A DNA stretch of 64,000 nucleotides from assembly GCF_002087085.1 (NCBI RefSeq), contig NZ_MWQY01000006.1, positions 62,001-126,000 of the forward strand. The letters are read 5' to 3'. Positions within the stretch are counted from its first letter, which is position 1; the number at the start of each line of letters is the position of its first letter. Positions 37,455-47,621 of the stretch are shown here, one piece after another. The notes beneath the pieces are model-generated. The model did no database searches. It saw only the letters and a program-made list of their open reading frames with translations, and was not told the origin of the DNA. Both the position numbers and the translations under genes were made by a program.

Positions 37455-40325
37455 TCAGACCCTCTCTTCGTATGCAACGGGGCCCAGTCGGAGTTCCCAG
37501 CGGGTTCCCTCGTCCCTCGTATACTCCATATGGCCATTCAGCTGGGTTTCCACGATACTGTAGACAAGTGCCAGACCGAGGGTTTTCGATGACAGGGGAT
37601 CAAAATCCTTCGGTAGTCCTACACCGTTATCGCTGAGGGTAAGAAGGATTCCCTCTCCCTGAATATTCCGCAAGCCGATTTCAATCCAGCCTGTCTCTCC
37701 TTTCGGAAAGGCATGCCTGACGGCATTTACCAGAAGTTCATTCACAACAAGACCAAGAGGTACCGCGACATCGACAAGACTATCAACTGATTCGAGATTA
37801 TAGCGGAAGCGGATCCCCTTTGTTTCATCGTCGAAGGTGCTGCGGACAAGTTCGGTGAGCTCAAGAATATACTCCTTCAGATCTATTCTTGACAGGTTCT
37901 CCGACTCATACAGACGATGATGCACCAGAGCCATGGAGTGAATCTTGGCTTCTATATCCTGGAGAATATCCTGCATATTCACATCTTCGAGGCCTAATCG
38001 GCGCATGGCGACCATGGAGGCAATAACCTGCATCGTGTTCTTCGTTCGATGGTACAGTTCCCGAAGCAGGGTACTCTTTTCGTTGAGAGCCCGTTCAAGC
38101 TGGCGTCGTACCATTACGGCATCTGTTATGTCCCGGGAGATCCCACAGATACCGATAATCTCTCCCGCGTCATCCCTGACCGGGACCCTGATGGTCTCCA
38201 GATTCCGCTGCCGTCCGGCGGAATCCCGGATATTTTCTTCACGGCAGGGCTCTCCCTCCAGGACCTTGCTTTCAATGCGTCGGCTGTCCCGGGCATCCTG
38301 CAGATCAAAAAGGTCTTCATCCGTGAGCCCGATGAGTTGGTCCCTGTCCCTGCCCGTGAACTGCAGGTATGCCGAATTGGCGTGAGTATAAAAGAGATTC
38401 CGGTCTTTCAGGAATATCATATCCTCCGCTGACTCGATAATCGCATTGAGCCGGGCGTCCCTGCGCTGCAGCTCATCCAGGGCTTCCTTTTTTTCGGTGA
38501 TATCGATGACGGTTCCTTCTGCAGCGATTACTTCTCCCGATTCATTCAGTATGGTTCTGGTCCTGTCCTCCACCCAGTAGATCCGGCCTTGAGGATCTAC
38601 GAGACGGTACTCCTGGGTAAACCCCTCCCTCTTTTCCCGAACAGCCTGTTCCACTTCCCCGGAGACCCGTATCCGGTCCATGGGATGGACGATGTCTCCG
38701 TACAGCACGCTTCCATCCAGAAAATCCCCGGCCCTGTAACCAAAGCGGCTGACATTCTCACTTACATAGGAGACGGGCCAGCCCCTGGAAAGCTCCCAGC
38801 GAAACAGTACAATGCGGCTGTTGCGTACGATCTTGTCAGCCTTGAGGAGCCTCCGGGCCATCTCTTCCCGTTCGTCTCGGACATCCAGGGAATGCAGGGC
38901 ATAGGCTATATCCTCTCCCAGAGCATCCAGGAGTTCTTCTTCAACCTTGTCTCCGAAGAATAGAGAAGGAAGAGATACAGTGAGAAATCCGAAGAACCGG
39001 CCCATGTACATAAGAGGAACAGAATACGCACATCTGTCCTTGTAACTCCCCGCAAGGGGACAGTGAAGACACGACTCTGAAGGACTCATCACCGAGTAGG
39101 CCGACTCTCTTTCCATGGCATATCGTCCGCAATCCGGCAGATCTCCCGATTCCAGCAGTTTAATCATCGGCAAGGAGGACTCTCCGAGCCCGGACTCGAA
39201 GAAGTTGGAAAAGCTTCCGTTCTGATCGAACAGGGCTATCCAGGCATTATAGTAGCTCCGGGTCTCGGTAAGGGTCCCGCATATCCGCCGCATCATGGAG
39301 CTCCGCTCCGACTCCCGGACAATCAGCTGGTTCACCCGGCCTACAGCCTCAAGAACACGGTTAATCTGAGCCAGACGGGCTTCCGCGGTATCCCGTCTCT
39401 GGATTTCCGCCCGCAGTTCCGCCGTGCGAAGGGCAACCTGACGGCGCATAAGCTGAACCCACAACAATGCGGCTGCTGCAACAAGCAGAAGCGGACCCAC
39501 CACATAGGAGGCATAACGTAGAGCGTCCGGCATCTCTATTGCCCTGGGTTCGAGAGGACCAATCCACCTGTCGTAGAGTTTCCGATATTCTCCCCTCTGT
39601 TTGAGAATACTCAGCCCCTCAATGAATGCGGTCAGCAGCTCCCTGCGGCCCTCGGGCACCGCGAAGCAGTATTCCGTCTCGTGGTAAAGGTCTCCACCCG
39701 CTTCTATTCCCTGTATACCCTGCTCTTTCAGATAATAGAGAATGGGGAGACGGGCTCCGGCGAGGTAATCCCCCCGGCCATCGGAAAAAAGAGTCAAAGC
39801 CTGGGCCAGAGAGTCGGTCCTGATCAGGCCGGCTGAAAAGCCTTCCGCACTCAGATGATCATCCATAATGTCACCGCGCATTACGATTATGCTTTTCCCT
39901 GTCAGATCACTGAGGGTTGATGCCGCAGGTCCGCCGGAACGGTTAAAGAGGGTCTGATGGATCTCAGCAAAGGGCTGGGAGAAATCGACCTTGAGGTCCC
40001 GTTCACTGCTGAAAAACATTCCTGCAGCGGCATCGATTTCTCCTGCTTCCAGCTGGGACCGGATCTCTATCCAGGGGGCAACGCGCAGTTCCGCCTTGAA
40101 TCCCATAACTTCCGCAATCGCCCTGGTCAGGTCAATGGAAAACCCCACGGTCTCCCCTGTATCGCCGGTAAATGAAAAGGGGGGATAATCGGTCTCACAG
40201 ACGATTACATGAACCGTCTTTTCCGCGTCGGATAGATCCCGGGCAAAGACGGGGGCAATCAGAAGGAGGATCAGAAACAGATGAATCCCAGCTCGTTTAA
40301 ACTGCAATTCCTTCGCGCAAGGCAT
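37455..40325 (-). CDS. Sensor histidine kinase: SBP_bac_3, TM, GAF, PAS, PAS, HisKA_2, HATPase
   Basis: DYPPFSF...GFSIDL binding domain; PAS IVHP.D and EYRL; ELYHRTKNTMQ, NELLVNAVRHAF and DNGVG; start MPCAK after GGGAGG. Confidence 0.9.
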   Translation of the reverse strand: MPCAKELQFKRAGIHLFLILLLIAPVFARDLSDAEKTVHVIVCETDYPPFSFTGDTGETVGFSIDLTRAIAEVMGFKAELRVAPWIEIRSQLEAGEIDAAAGMFFSSERDLKVDFSQPFAEIHQTLFNRSGGPAASTLSDLTGKSIIVMRGDIMDDHLSAEGFSAGLIRTDSLAQALTLFSDGRGDYLAGARLPILYYLKEQGIQGIEAGGDLYHETEYCFAVPEGRRELLTAFIEGLSILKQRGEYRKLYDRWIGPLEPRAIEMPDALRYASYVVGPLLLVAAAALLWVQLMRRQVALRTAELRAEIQRRDTAEARLAQINRVLEAVGRVNQLIVRESERSSMMRRICGTLTETRSYYNAWIALFDQNGSFSNFFESGLGESSLPMIKLLESGDLPDCGRYAMERESAYSVMSPSESCLHCPLAGSYKDRCAYSVPLMYMGRFFGFLTVSLPSLFFGDKVEEELLDALGEDIAYALHSLDVRDEREEMARRLLKADKIVRNSRIVLFRWELSRGWPVSYVSENVSRFGYRAGDFLDGSVLYGDIVHPMDRIRVSGEVEQAVREKREGFTQEYRLVDPQGRIYWVEDRTRTILNESGEVIAAEGTVIDITEKKEALDELQRRDARLNAIIESAEDMIFLKDRNLFYTHANSAYLQFTGRDRDQLIGLTDEDLFDLQDARDSRRIESKVLEGEPCREENIRDSAGRQRNLETIRVPVRDDAGEIIGICGISRDITDAVMVRRQLERALNEKSTLLRELYHRTKNTMQVIASMVAMRRLGLEDVNMQDILQDIEAKIHSMALVHHRLYESENLSRIDLKEYILELTELVRSTFDDETKGIRFRYNLESVDSLVDVAVPLGLVVNELLVNAVRHAFPKGETGWIEIGLRNIQGEGILLTLSDNGVGLPKDFDPLSSKTLGLALVYSIVETQLNGHMEYTRDEGTRWELRLGPVAYEERV

Positions 40326-40465
40326 CGGTCGTTCCTCCCTGGAATAGTATAGATACACCCCGGAGCATTCGCAAATCTCCACGGGCGGAAAACTTCCCCG
40401 CGGGGTATTGGCATCCACCGGGGCAAAGGGGTAATCTACACGCCGCAGAAGAATTGGAGGCATCC

Positions 40466-42301
40466 ATGCGTTTTATTCCCGAAAACTCTTCAGTTGTCTA
40501 TTCCCGTCATCAGCATACAAAAACCCCGCAGTCCCTGTCCGGACGCTGGCCCCAGGAAAACGACGATCTCAAGCTTGTGCTTGAAGAGGAGAGGGAGAAC
40601 GAATCACCCCGCTATCGTTTTGTTCTGAGCGCCAGACAGGATCTTTTTATTCGCACCCTCAGCCTGACCGGAAGACTGGAAGGAACCCTGCGTCCCGTTT
40701 CCCTGCTGAGTGAGGGCGGCCAGTCCCGGAGCCATGTCGAGATTCTTGGTCCTGCGGACAGACAGATTTCCGCCGGATCTCCCTGGGTTCAGACAGGCGC
40801 TAAATCCGGAGAACACGTATCATCCGGTCTGGTCCTGCTCTCCGACGGGCTGAATCCCGACCTCATACTCGCCCAGGAAGCTCCTTTCCAGGAATATACC
40901 TCTTTTACGGTAAACAGCGGCAGGCAGCCGGTACGCATAAGCCTGATCTGGCACGTGGAACGGGCGGTGGAGGCGGCTCAGGTATATTCAACCGGCTGGA
41001 CAGCCCAATCCTCCGGAACAGGTGAACTGCTGCTGCGGGAATGGAGCATCCGGAATGCCGGGAAGCTCCCCGCCAGGACCGCCCCGAAACAGGAGCCTCC
41101 GATGCTGTGCTGTCCGATGCAGCGCAGATCCGCGGAACTTACTGTGGACTATCTTCGCCGCCAACTGAACGCCGCCCGGGAAAAGCAGATTCCCTTCGAC
41201 GTCATTATGATCGAAGAAGGATGGCAGAGGTCAATCGGCGACTGGACTGCCACATCAGAGCAGTTTGGTGCGGATCTTCCCAGGATTTCCCGGGAAATCG
41301 GAGAAGCCGGTTTTACCCCCGGATTGTGGCTTGCTCCCTTTGTCGCTGCCAGGGAATCCGACCCGTTCACGAACCCCGGATGGCTGCTGCGGAACGAGAA
41401 AGGTAAACCCGTGGAAGCTGACTGCTATCCGCGGCGGAAAACGAGAATGTTCGCACTGGATATTACACACCCCGAGGTGGCCGAGCACATCGCAGGGATC
41501 ATCAGGACCCTCACCCGGGAGTGGGGCTTTAAATATCTCAAGCTCGATTTTCTTGAAGCCGCTTCCCTCAAGGGAAAACGCCATAACGATAAACTCACCC
41601 CCGCCCAGATCCTTACCCGCGGACTGCAGCAGATCCGGGAAGCTGCGGGAGACGACGTGCATCTTGCCGGAAGCGGACTTCCCTTTCCGGCAGGGGCTGG
41701 AGTTCTTGATTCCGTAAACGTCAGCCCGGAGATTCTGCCGCAGCAGAAAAAAGCGCGGCTTTCCAGAATGATGAATGCCCGGACTGCCCGGGATGAGGGC
41801 CGGTTCATACAGAATCTGGTACTTCGAAGCCACTTAAACAGGACTTTCTGGTTCAATGACGCTGCATACCTGAGTTTTCTGTACCCCGGCGCTGAAAACG
41901 GCACCAGGGAAGCAGAGGAACTCTCTACAGCAGTTACCCACAGCGGAGGAAGCCTCTTTGTATCCGATGATCTGAGCCTCTATGGAGAGGAGGAGATCGC
42001 CCGGATCAAAAACAGCGTTACGGCAGCCAGGGAACTCAGCACGGGGCAGACGACTCCTCTGCGGATCTTCAGCGATCCGGGAATCTGCACGGTTTATAAT
42101 GATCAGGGATGCATAGTCATTTTCAATCTCAACCAGACTGAAAGCACCATCGAACTGAGGCTGTCGCCTTACAGAAAGCTTTTGGAACCCTATAATTCCT
42201 ACCGCCCCTTTGAAGGTGCCGAGGACCATCCCCTGGAAGCGCCTCGAAACATTACCCTGAAACCCCGGGAATACAAACGGATACTGCTGCGCAGTGTTTA
42301 A
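40466..42301 (+). CDS. GH36 alpha-galactosidase-like protein with divergent active-site motifs
   Basis: EEGWQ..IGDW, PGLWLAPF, LDITHP, WGFKYLKLDF, FWFND and SDDL motifs; GGAGG RBS. Confidence 0.8.
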   Translation: MRFIPENSSVVYSRHQHTKTPQSLSGRWPQENDDLKLVLEEERENESPRYRFVLSARQDLFIRTLSLTGRLEGTLRPVSLLSEGGQSRSHVEILGPADRQISAGSPWVQTGAKSGEHVSSGLVLLSDGLNPDLILAQEAPFQEYTSFTVNSGRQPVRISLIWHVERAVEAAQVYSTGWTAQSSGTGELLLREWSIRNAGKLPARTAPKQEPPMLCCPMQRRSAELTVDYLRRQLNAAREKQIPFDVIMIEEGWQRSIGDWTATSEQFGADLPRISREIGEAGFTPGLWLAPFVAARESDPFTNPGWLLRNEKGKPVEADCYPRRKTRMFALDITHPEVAEHIAGIIRTLTREWGFKYLKLDFLEAASLKGKRHNDKLTPAQILTRGLQQIREAAGDDVHLAGSGLPFPAGAGVLDSVNVSPEILPQQKKARLSRMMNARTARDEGRFIQNLVLRSHLNRTFWFNDAAYLSFLYPGAENGTREAEELSTAVTHSGGSLFVSDDLSLYGEEEIARIKNSVTAARELSTGQTTPLRIFSDPGICTVYNDQGCIVIFNLNQTESTIELRLSPYRKLLEPYNSYRPFEGAEDHPLEAPRNITLKPREYKRILLRSV

Positions 42302-42309
42302 TCGTAACT

Positions 42310-42341
42310 GCCCTGAAAACATGACAAGCGCTTTTCAGGGC
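42310..42341. terminator. Stem-loop after the GH36-like gene
   Basis: GCCCTGAAAA-N12-TTTTCAGGGC. Confidence 0.5.
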
Positions 42342-42437
42342 TGCCCTTTATATCTCCTGCAAAGCGAAGGGAATTGTTTCAGATAAAAATTTGAAATTCC
42401 CTGCTCACTTCATATACTAGTGTGAAGGGGGCCATAT

Positions 42438-44429
42438 ATGAAACTCAAACAGCAATTTCTGCTAATCGTAGGAATTCCCATCCTCGGAATTCTTTTAATA
42501 TTTGTGACAGGATACTACAGCTTTACCAGTCTGGGCAAAGAGGTTGACTTCCTTACTGCCATCCAGCAGGACCGCGCCACCCTGCTCAACGCCGACAGGG
42601 ACGCCTTCCAGGGTTTTCTGGCGGAGAGAATGGCCCTGGACTCCACGGATATACAAGAACTGGAAAGCCTGGATGCGGACAACCTGGAAAACCTCGATCA
42701 GGCCTGGGAACGGGCCGTCGGCCCCTCGAAGAATTTTACCCGGGACATGGAGCCGGAGTTCGAGCGTTTCACGCAGGAATATGAAAAATGGAAAGAGAGG
42801 AGCCGGGCCATACTCAGCATAGCTGTATCGACGGCGGACGAGATGGTCCTGATCCAGGAGGCAGCGGACCGGACCTCTGCGGCCTTCGATGAAATGCGGG
42901 AACTGATCAACCTGCTGGGAGAAAACATCGACGGGCTGTTGAGCGGCAATCTGAGTGCGGCCCGCAGGCGCAGTCTGGAACAGGCCCTCTCCCTGACATT
43001 GAATGCGGACCGGGACGCCTATCAGGCCTACGTGGCCCGCCTTCGCGCACTGAGTGCGACAAGCCAGAAGGATCTTGACCTCTTTACCGGGGAGAACGAA
43101 GAGAATATCCAGCAGACCCTGGAACGCTTTACCAGCGCCGTCGATATTGTCGGCTCAGGGACAGCCCAGCTGGCACAATCCTTTTCTTCGGCTTCCGAGG
43201 CATGGATCAGGGAGAGTAACACGGTATTTTCCAAACTGCATGAGGTTTTCGACGATAAAGACGAGCAGGCACGCCTGGCTGTGGAAAGTGACGAGGCCTT
43301 CAACACCATGAGAACCTCCATAGACGTCCTGGGGAACCTGCAGGAAGAGCGGGCTCTGCAGGAAATCGAAAACATGAATACAATGATTGCCCGGACCCTC
43401 TGGATCTATATAATTGTCGTTCTTGTGGCCGTCGCGGCATCCCTGCTGATCGTCATTCTTCTTGCCTCCGCCCTGCTCAAGGCAATCCGGATCTCCGTGG
43501 AGGCGGCGGAACGCATAACCCAGGGAGACCTTACCGCAAGTATCGATATTCAGCGCAGGGACGAAATAGGGACCCTGGCCGCCGGTCTCAGATCGATGAT
43601 AGCCAGACTTAAACGGATCGTCGGAGAAATCCGTCAGTCCGCCCAGAATATATCCCTGGGCAGTGACGAAATAGCCAAGAGTTCCCAGCAGCTCTCCCAG
43701 GGAGCCACCGAACAGGCCTCCAACTCCGAGGAGATCTCCGCCTCCATGGAACAGATGGGCGCCAACATTCAGCAGAACGCGGACAACGCCTCCCAGACAG
43801 AGAAGATAGCCCAGCGGGTTGCGGAGGATGCCAACCAGAGCGGAGAAGCGGTGGGTAAGACCGTGGAGGCCATGAAGCAGATTGCCGAAAAGATCGGCAT
43901 CATCGAGGAAATCGCCCGGCAGACCAACATGCTTGCCCTGAATGCGGCCATAGAGGCCGCCCGGGCGGGAGAACAGGGCAAGGGCTTTGCGGTGGTTGCC
44001 GCAGAGGTCCGTCGTCTTGCCGAACGCAGCCAGAATGCCGCCGCGGAGATCAGCGAGCTCTCCTCCAGTTCCGTGGAGATCGCCGAAACCGCCGGAGAGC
44101 TGCTGACCAAGCTGGTTCCGGACATCCGGAAGACCGCGGAGCTGATCCAGGAGATCAGCTACTCCAGCAACGAGCAGAAGAGCGGGGTGGAGCAGACAAA
44201 CAGCGCAATGATGCAGCTGGATTCCATAACCCAGCAGAACGCCTCCTCGGCGGAGGAACTCTCCTCCACCTCCGAGGAGCTCTCCTCCCAGGCGGAGGGT
44301 CTGGTGGCAATGATCAATTTCTTTACCCTTGACCAGGACCAGGGTCCTTCCGTTCAGACTCCCAAACTGCTGCCCAAAGAGACGGTCTCCATGGATATGG
44401 AAGACGAGGAGGAGTTTGAGGAATTCTAG
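42438..44429 (+). CDS. Methyl-accepting chemotaxis protein (2 TM, duplicated helical sensor, HAMP, C-terminal pentapeptide)
   Basis: [30 protein letters not shown] hairpin; ends EFEEF. Confidence 0.95.
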   Translation: MKLKQQFLLIVGIPILGILLIFVTGYYSFTSLGKEVDFLTAIQQDRATLLNADRDAFQGFLAERMALDSTDIQELESLDADNLENLDQAWERAVGPSKNFTRDMEPEFERFTQEYEKWKERSRAILSIAVSTADEMVLIQEAADRTSAAFDEMRELINLLGENIDGLLSGNLSAARRRSLEQALSLTLNADRDAYQAYVARLRALSATSQKDLDLFTGENEENIQQTLERFTSAVDIVGSGTAQLAQSFSSASEAWIRESNTVFSKLHEVFDDKDEQARLAVESDEAFNTMRTSIDVLGNLQEERALQEIENMNTMIARTLWIYIIVVLVAVAASLLIVILLASALLKAIRISVEAAERITQGDLTASIDIQRRDEIGTLAAGLRSMIARLKRIVGEIRQSAQNISLGSDEIAKSSQQLSQGATEQASNSEEISASMEQMGANIQQNADNASQTEKIAQRVAEDANQSGEAVGKTVEAMKQIAEKIGIIEEIARQTNMLALNAAIEAARAGEQGKGFAVVAAEVRRLAERSQNAAAEISELSSSSVEIAETAGELLTKLVPDIRKTAELIQEISYSSNEQKSGVEQTNSAMMQLDSITQQNASSAEELSSTSEELSSQAEGLVAMINFFTLDQDQGPSVQTPKLLPKETVSMDMEDEEEFEEF

Positions 44430-44473
44430 ACAGGGCATCGGCTTCCCCTGATCAGGGTATCTTCCTCCAGGAT

Positions 44474-45238
44474 TCAGCCGACCTCAGCCAGCCAGGCATT
44501 CAGATTCTCCTGCCTGGCCCGGGCTTCGCTGTTTCCGCCCGTGAAGGTACCCAGCTTTTTTTCCCCCTGTATGCGTCCGTCCAGCATGAAGAGCACCCGT
44601 TCACTCCTGGCCGCCACCCTCGAATCATGGGTAACCAGTACAATCGTCGTTCCGCCGCTGTGCACATCCTTGAGAATATCCAGGATCTCTGCGGCGGATC
44701 CGGAATCCAGAGCCCCCGTGGGCTCATCCCCGAAGATCACCGCCGGCTCGTTGATCAGACTTCGGCAGATACCGACCCTCTGCAGCTGTCCCCCGGAAGC
44801 CTGATCGACGGAGTTGCCGGCCAGGGAACCTATTCCCGTACGCTCCATCAGATACCGGGCCCGACGGTCGATTTCAGAGCGCCCGCGCACACCCTCGGCA
44901 TAGGCGGGCAGACTGATATTATCCAGAAGGTTCAGGTTTTTCAGCAGATGTATCTGCTGAAATATGAAACCCATCTTACCGAGCCTGAGGCGGGAGAGCT
45001 CCTTTTCCTGCAGGCTGCTGATCTCCCGCCCGTTAAAGCATACCCGGCCGGAGCTGGCCCGGTCCATGCCGCTGATGGTATAGAGGAGGGTGGATTTACC
45101 GGAGCCGGAGGGCCCCATTATGGCGACAAACTCTCCCCTCCTGATCTCGAGGTCTATATCCTGGAGAACATTCACCCGCATATTCCTCCCCAGGGGATAC
45201 CACTTATTCAGATTTTGTGTTTCAAGTACTGCATTCAT
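44474..45238 (-). CDS. ABC ATP-binding protein (LolD/MacB-like)
   Basis: GPSGSGKST, SGGQLQR, DEPTGALD and VTHD motifs; start MNAVL after AAGGAG. Confidence 0.92.
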   Translation of the reverse strand: MNAVLETQNLNKWYPLGRNMRVNVLQDIDLEIRRGEFVAIMGPSGSGKSTLLYTISGMDRASSGRVCFNGREISSLQEKELSRLRLGKMGFIFQQIHLLKNLNLLDNISLPAYAEGVRGRSEIDRRARYLMERTGIGSLAGNSVDQASGGQLQRVGICRSLINEPAVIFGDEPTGALDSGSAAEILDILKDVHSGGTTIVLVTHDSRVAARSERVLFMLDGRIQGEKKLGTFTGGNSEARARQENLNAWLAEVG

Positions 45239-45257
45239 ATATTTCTCCTTGTTCCAT

Positions 45258-47621
45258 CTATTCAACTGTTATTACCGATACGGTCTTTTTCAGAGAGCCT
45301 GCGATGCTCAGGACAGCCGCAGCAGCCACAAGGCCCATAAGCATGAGCGGCAGCATGCAGTATGCCTTCAGCGGATCGATCACGAAGCTGATTCCCGGCG
45401 CTCCCAGGAATCCCCAGATAAAACCAACGAAGCCCTGCCCCAGGGTATTTGCAAAGAGACTGCCCGCCGCAACTCCCGTTCCCAGCAAAATCAGTGCAGT
45501 ACTCAGGTACTGAATCCGGACTGAGGCAGGAGTAAATCCGATACTCCGCATTACGGCGATACGCCCTGCATCCCTGGCAGCGAGCATACGAAAGAAGAGG
45601 CCGGTTATGAGGACCGCAATCAGGCTCCCCAGGGCGATGGCAGCCGTAATGAGCCGTGAAAGCTGAAGAATGGTAGAGCCCAGGGTCTGATCCAGGTAAC
45701 TCTCAAGATGCGTAACCCGGGCGGAGGGAAGCAGAGCGCCGAGTTCCCCGGCCTTGGCCTGAACGTCAATTCCGGGACCAAGATCCAGAGCAAGGGTATA
45801 TCCCAGGGGTAGCCCCGGAAAGCCTTTGAAAGAGGCCTTGGCGGTCCGTCCGCCGTTGGTAATGTCCTGGTAAATCCCGCTGATCCTCATCTCCCGGGTA
45901 GTATCGCCGGCTTTCAGAACCAGCGAATCGCCAATCTTCACATTCAGATCCCGGCTGTTGAGATATGAAACAGCCAGCTCGTCGCCGGAGACAGGTACAG
46001 TCCCTTCAAGATATTTCAGAGGGAAGAGGGAGTGGTTTCCGCTTTCCACCACCAGCGAAGCTCCATCATCCGGACTATCCGCAGTATCAGGCTCAAGTTC
46101 ATAGCGGGACCGCATCATCAGGGCATACCCTTCTATATCGGGATCCATCTTCAGCAATCCCGTCAGCTCTTCAAGACCCGTTTCAGTTTCCCCTGCATAC
46201 CGCAGGTCTATGCGGATGTCACTCCGAGCTATCCCCATGTAGGAGATAAAGTCGGGAGAAGCAAGGGTGGTCAGAAAATGGAAGGGGATCAGGATGATCA
46301 GAGCAGAGAAGAAATAGACCAGGAACAGCAGAGCAAAAAGCCTGGGGCGCTGCAAGATATCCCGAAGACCAAGTGCCACGTTAAGGTTTATACCCCGAAA
46401 AACCTTCAGAGGCAGAGGCCTCCTTCTGCCGGAAGCGTCCCCCACAGACCCGGAGCGGAGGGCTTCAACCGCGCTTACAGCTTCAAAGCGGCGAAAAACC
46501 GGCAGAAGAAGCAGAAAGGCAAACAGAAGAATCCCCGCGGCTGCACTCAGGGAAGCAAGATAGCGGGATGTCTCCGACGGAGCCTGCCCGATACTGAACA
46601 GAATATTTGAAGTGAGTACCGGGTTACAGAGAAGTGAGGCAAGGCTTCCGCCCAGAGCGGCAAGCCCGCTGATAAAAAGATATTTGACCAGAAAGATCCT
46701 TCGTATCGTCCTCCTCGGTAAGCCCACGGCCTTCATAACCCCGATCTCCCGGTAATCCTCCTCTATGGAGCCGAGGATGATAAAACGCAGACAGAGGACC
46801 GCAATGATCAGCAGGAGAAGACTCAGGATTCCCAGGACCACTGCCATGATTCCGTCGCTTATGCTGTTGAGCACATAGAATATGCGATAATCCACCGCCG
46901 GACCTGATTTCGGCAGATCCGTCTTCTGCCAGGCTTCGCTGAACTCATCGATCCGCGAGGAATCGCTAAGGCGAAAGCTGATCAGATACTCCCTGTCCGG
47001 AAAAATCTCCTCCAGCTCCCGGAAATCCGCTCTGTTCATCAGGAAGCGTTTGGAATGAACCACCGCTGGATTCATCTGGGCATCCCGCACAAGGAGGGAT
47101 ACCCGGAAATCCCGTTGTATTCCGGAATGTGTCAGGCTGACATGATCGCCGACTCTTACCCCCTTTTCCCGGGCATAATAGACGGGTACCCCTATTTCTC
47201 CCCTGGCCGGCTCAGGGATCAGGTTTTTCATATCCAGCAGATAATCAAAACGGGGATTCTGGACCACGAGACTGATATCCATAATGCTGTTTGTCTCGGC
47301 TTCATCGGCGCCGGAAAACCTCAGGGATGCACCATCGATGCTGATCATCCCGGAGATCTGGCAGTCTTCCACCAGGCCCCTGCTCCCTGCCCAGGAAGCG
47401 ATCTCTTCAGCCTCAGCGGCAGACAGCCTCCCTCCGTGCATCTGCACAAAATGGGGGGCTTTGGCGGTGCTGAAAAAAAGACGCAGGGATCCTGCAAGGT
47501 CGCTTATAAGTCCTGCGCCCCCTGCGGCCAGAAGGGCCGAGAGAAAGATAAAAATAAAGACGACCAGCAGCGAAGCTTTCCGCCGCGACAGGTCCCGGAG
47601 GAGAATTCTTGAAAGGATCAT
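45258..47621 (-). CDS. FtsX-like ABC permease (two FtsX repeats)
   Basis: REIGVMKAVG and RIAVMRSIGF motifs; two large extracytoplasmic domains. Confidence 0.88.
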   Translation of the reverse strand: MILSRILLRDLSRRKASLLVVFIFIFLSALLAAGGAGLISDLAGSLRLFFSTAKAPHFVQMHGGRLSAAEAEEIASWAGSRGLVEDCQISGMISIDGASLRFSGADEAETNSIMDISLVVQNPRFDYLLDMKNLIPEPARGEIGVPVYYAREKGVRVGDHVSLTHSGIQRDFRVSLLVRDAQMNPAVVHSKRFLMNRADFRELEEIFPDREYLISFRLSDSSRIDEFSEAWQKTDLPKSGPAVDYRIFYVLNSISDGIMAVVLGILSLLLLIIAVLCLRFIILGSIEEDYREIGVMKAVGLPRRTIRRIFLVKYLFISGLAALGGSLASLLCNPVLTSNILFSIGQAPSETSRYLASLSAAAGILLFAFLLLLPVFRRFEAVSAVEALRSGSVGDASGRRRPLPLKVFRGINLNVALGLRDILQRPRLFALLFLVYFFSALIILIPFHFLTTLASPDFISYMGIARSDIRIDLRYAGETETGLEELTGLLKMDPDIEGYALMMRSRYELEPDTADSPDDGASLVVESGNHSLFPLKYLEGTVPVSGDELAVSYLNSRDLNVKIGDSLVLKAGDTTREMRISGIYQDITNGGRTAKASFKGFPGLPLGYTLALDLGPGIDVQAKAGELGALLPSARVTHLESYLDQTLGSTILQLSRLITAAIALGSLIAVLITGLFFRMLAARDAGRIAVMRSIGFTPASVRIQYLSTALILLGTGVAAGSLFANTLGQGFVGFIWGFLGAPGISFVIDPLKAYCMLPLMLMGLVAAAAVLSIAGSLKKTVSVITVE

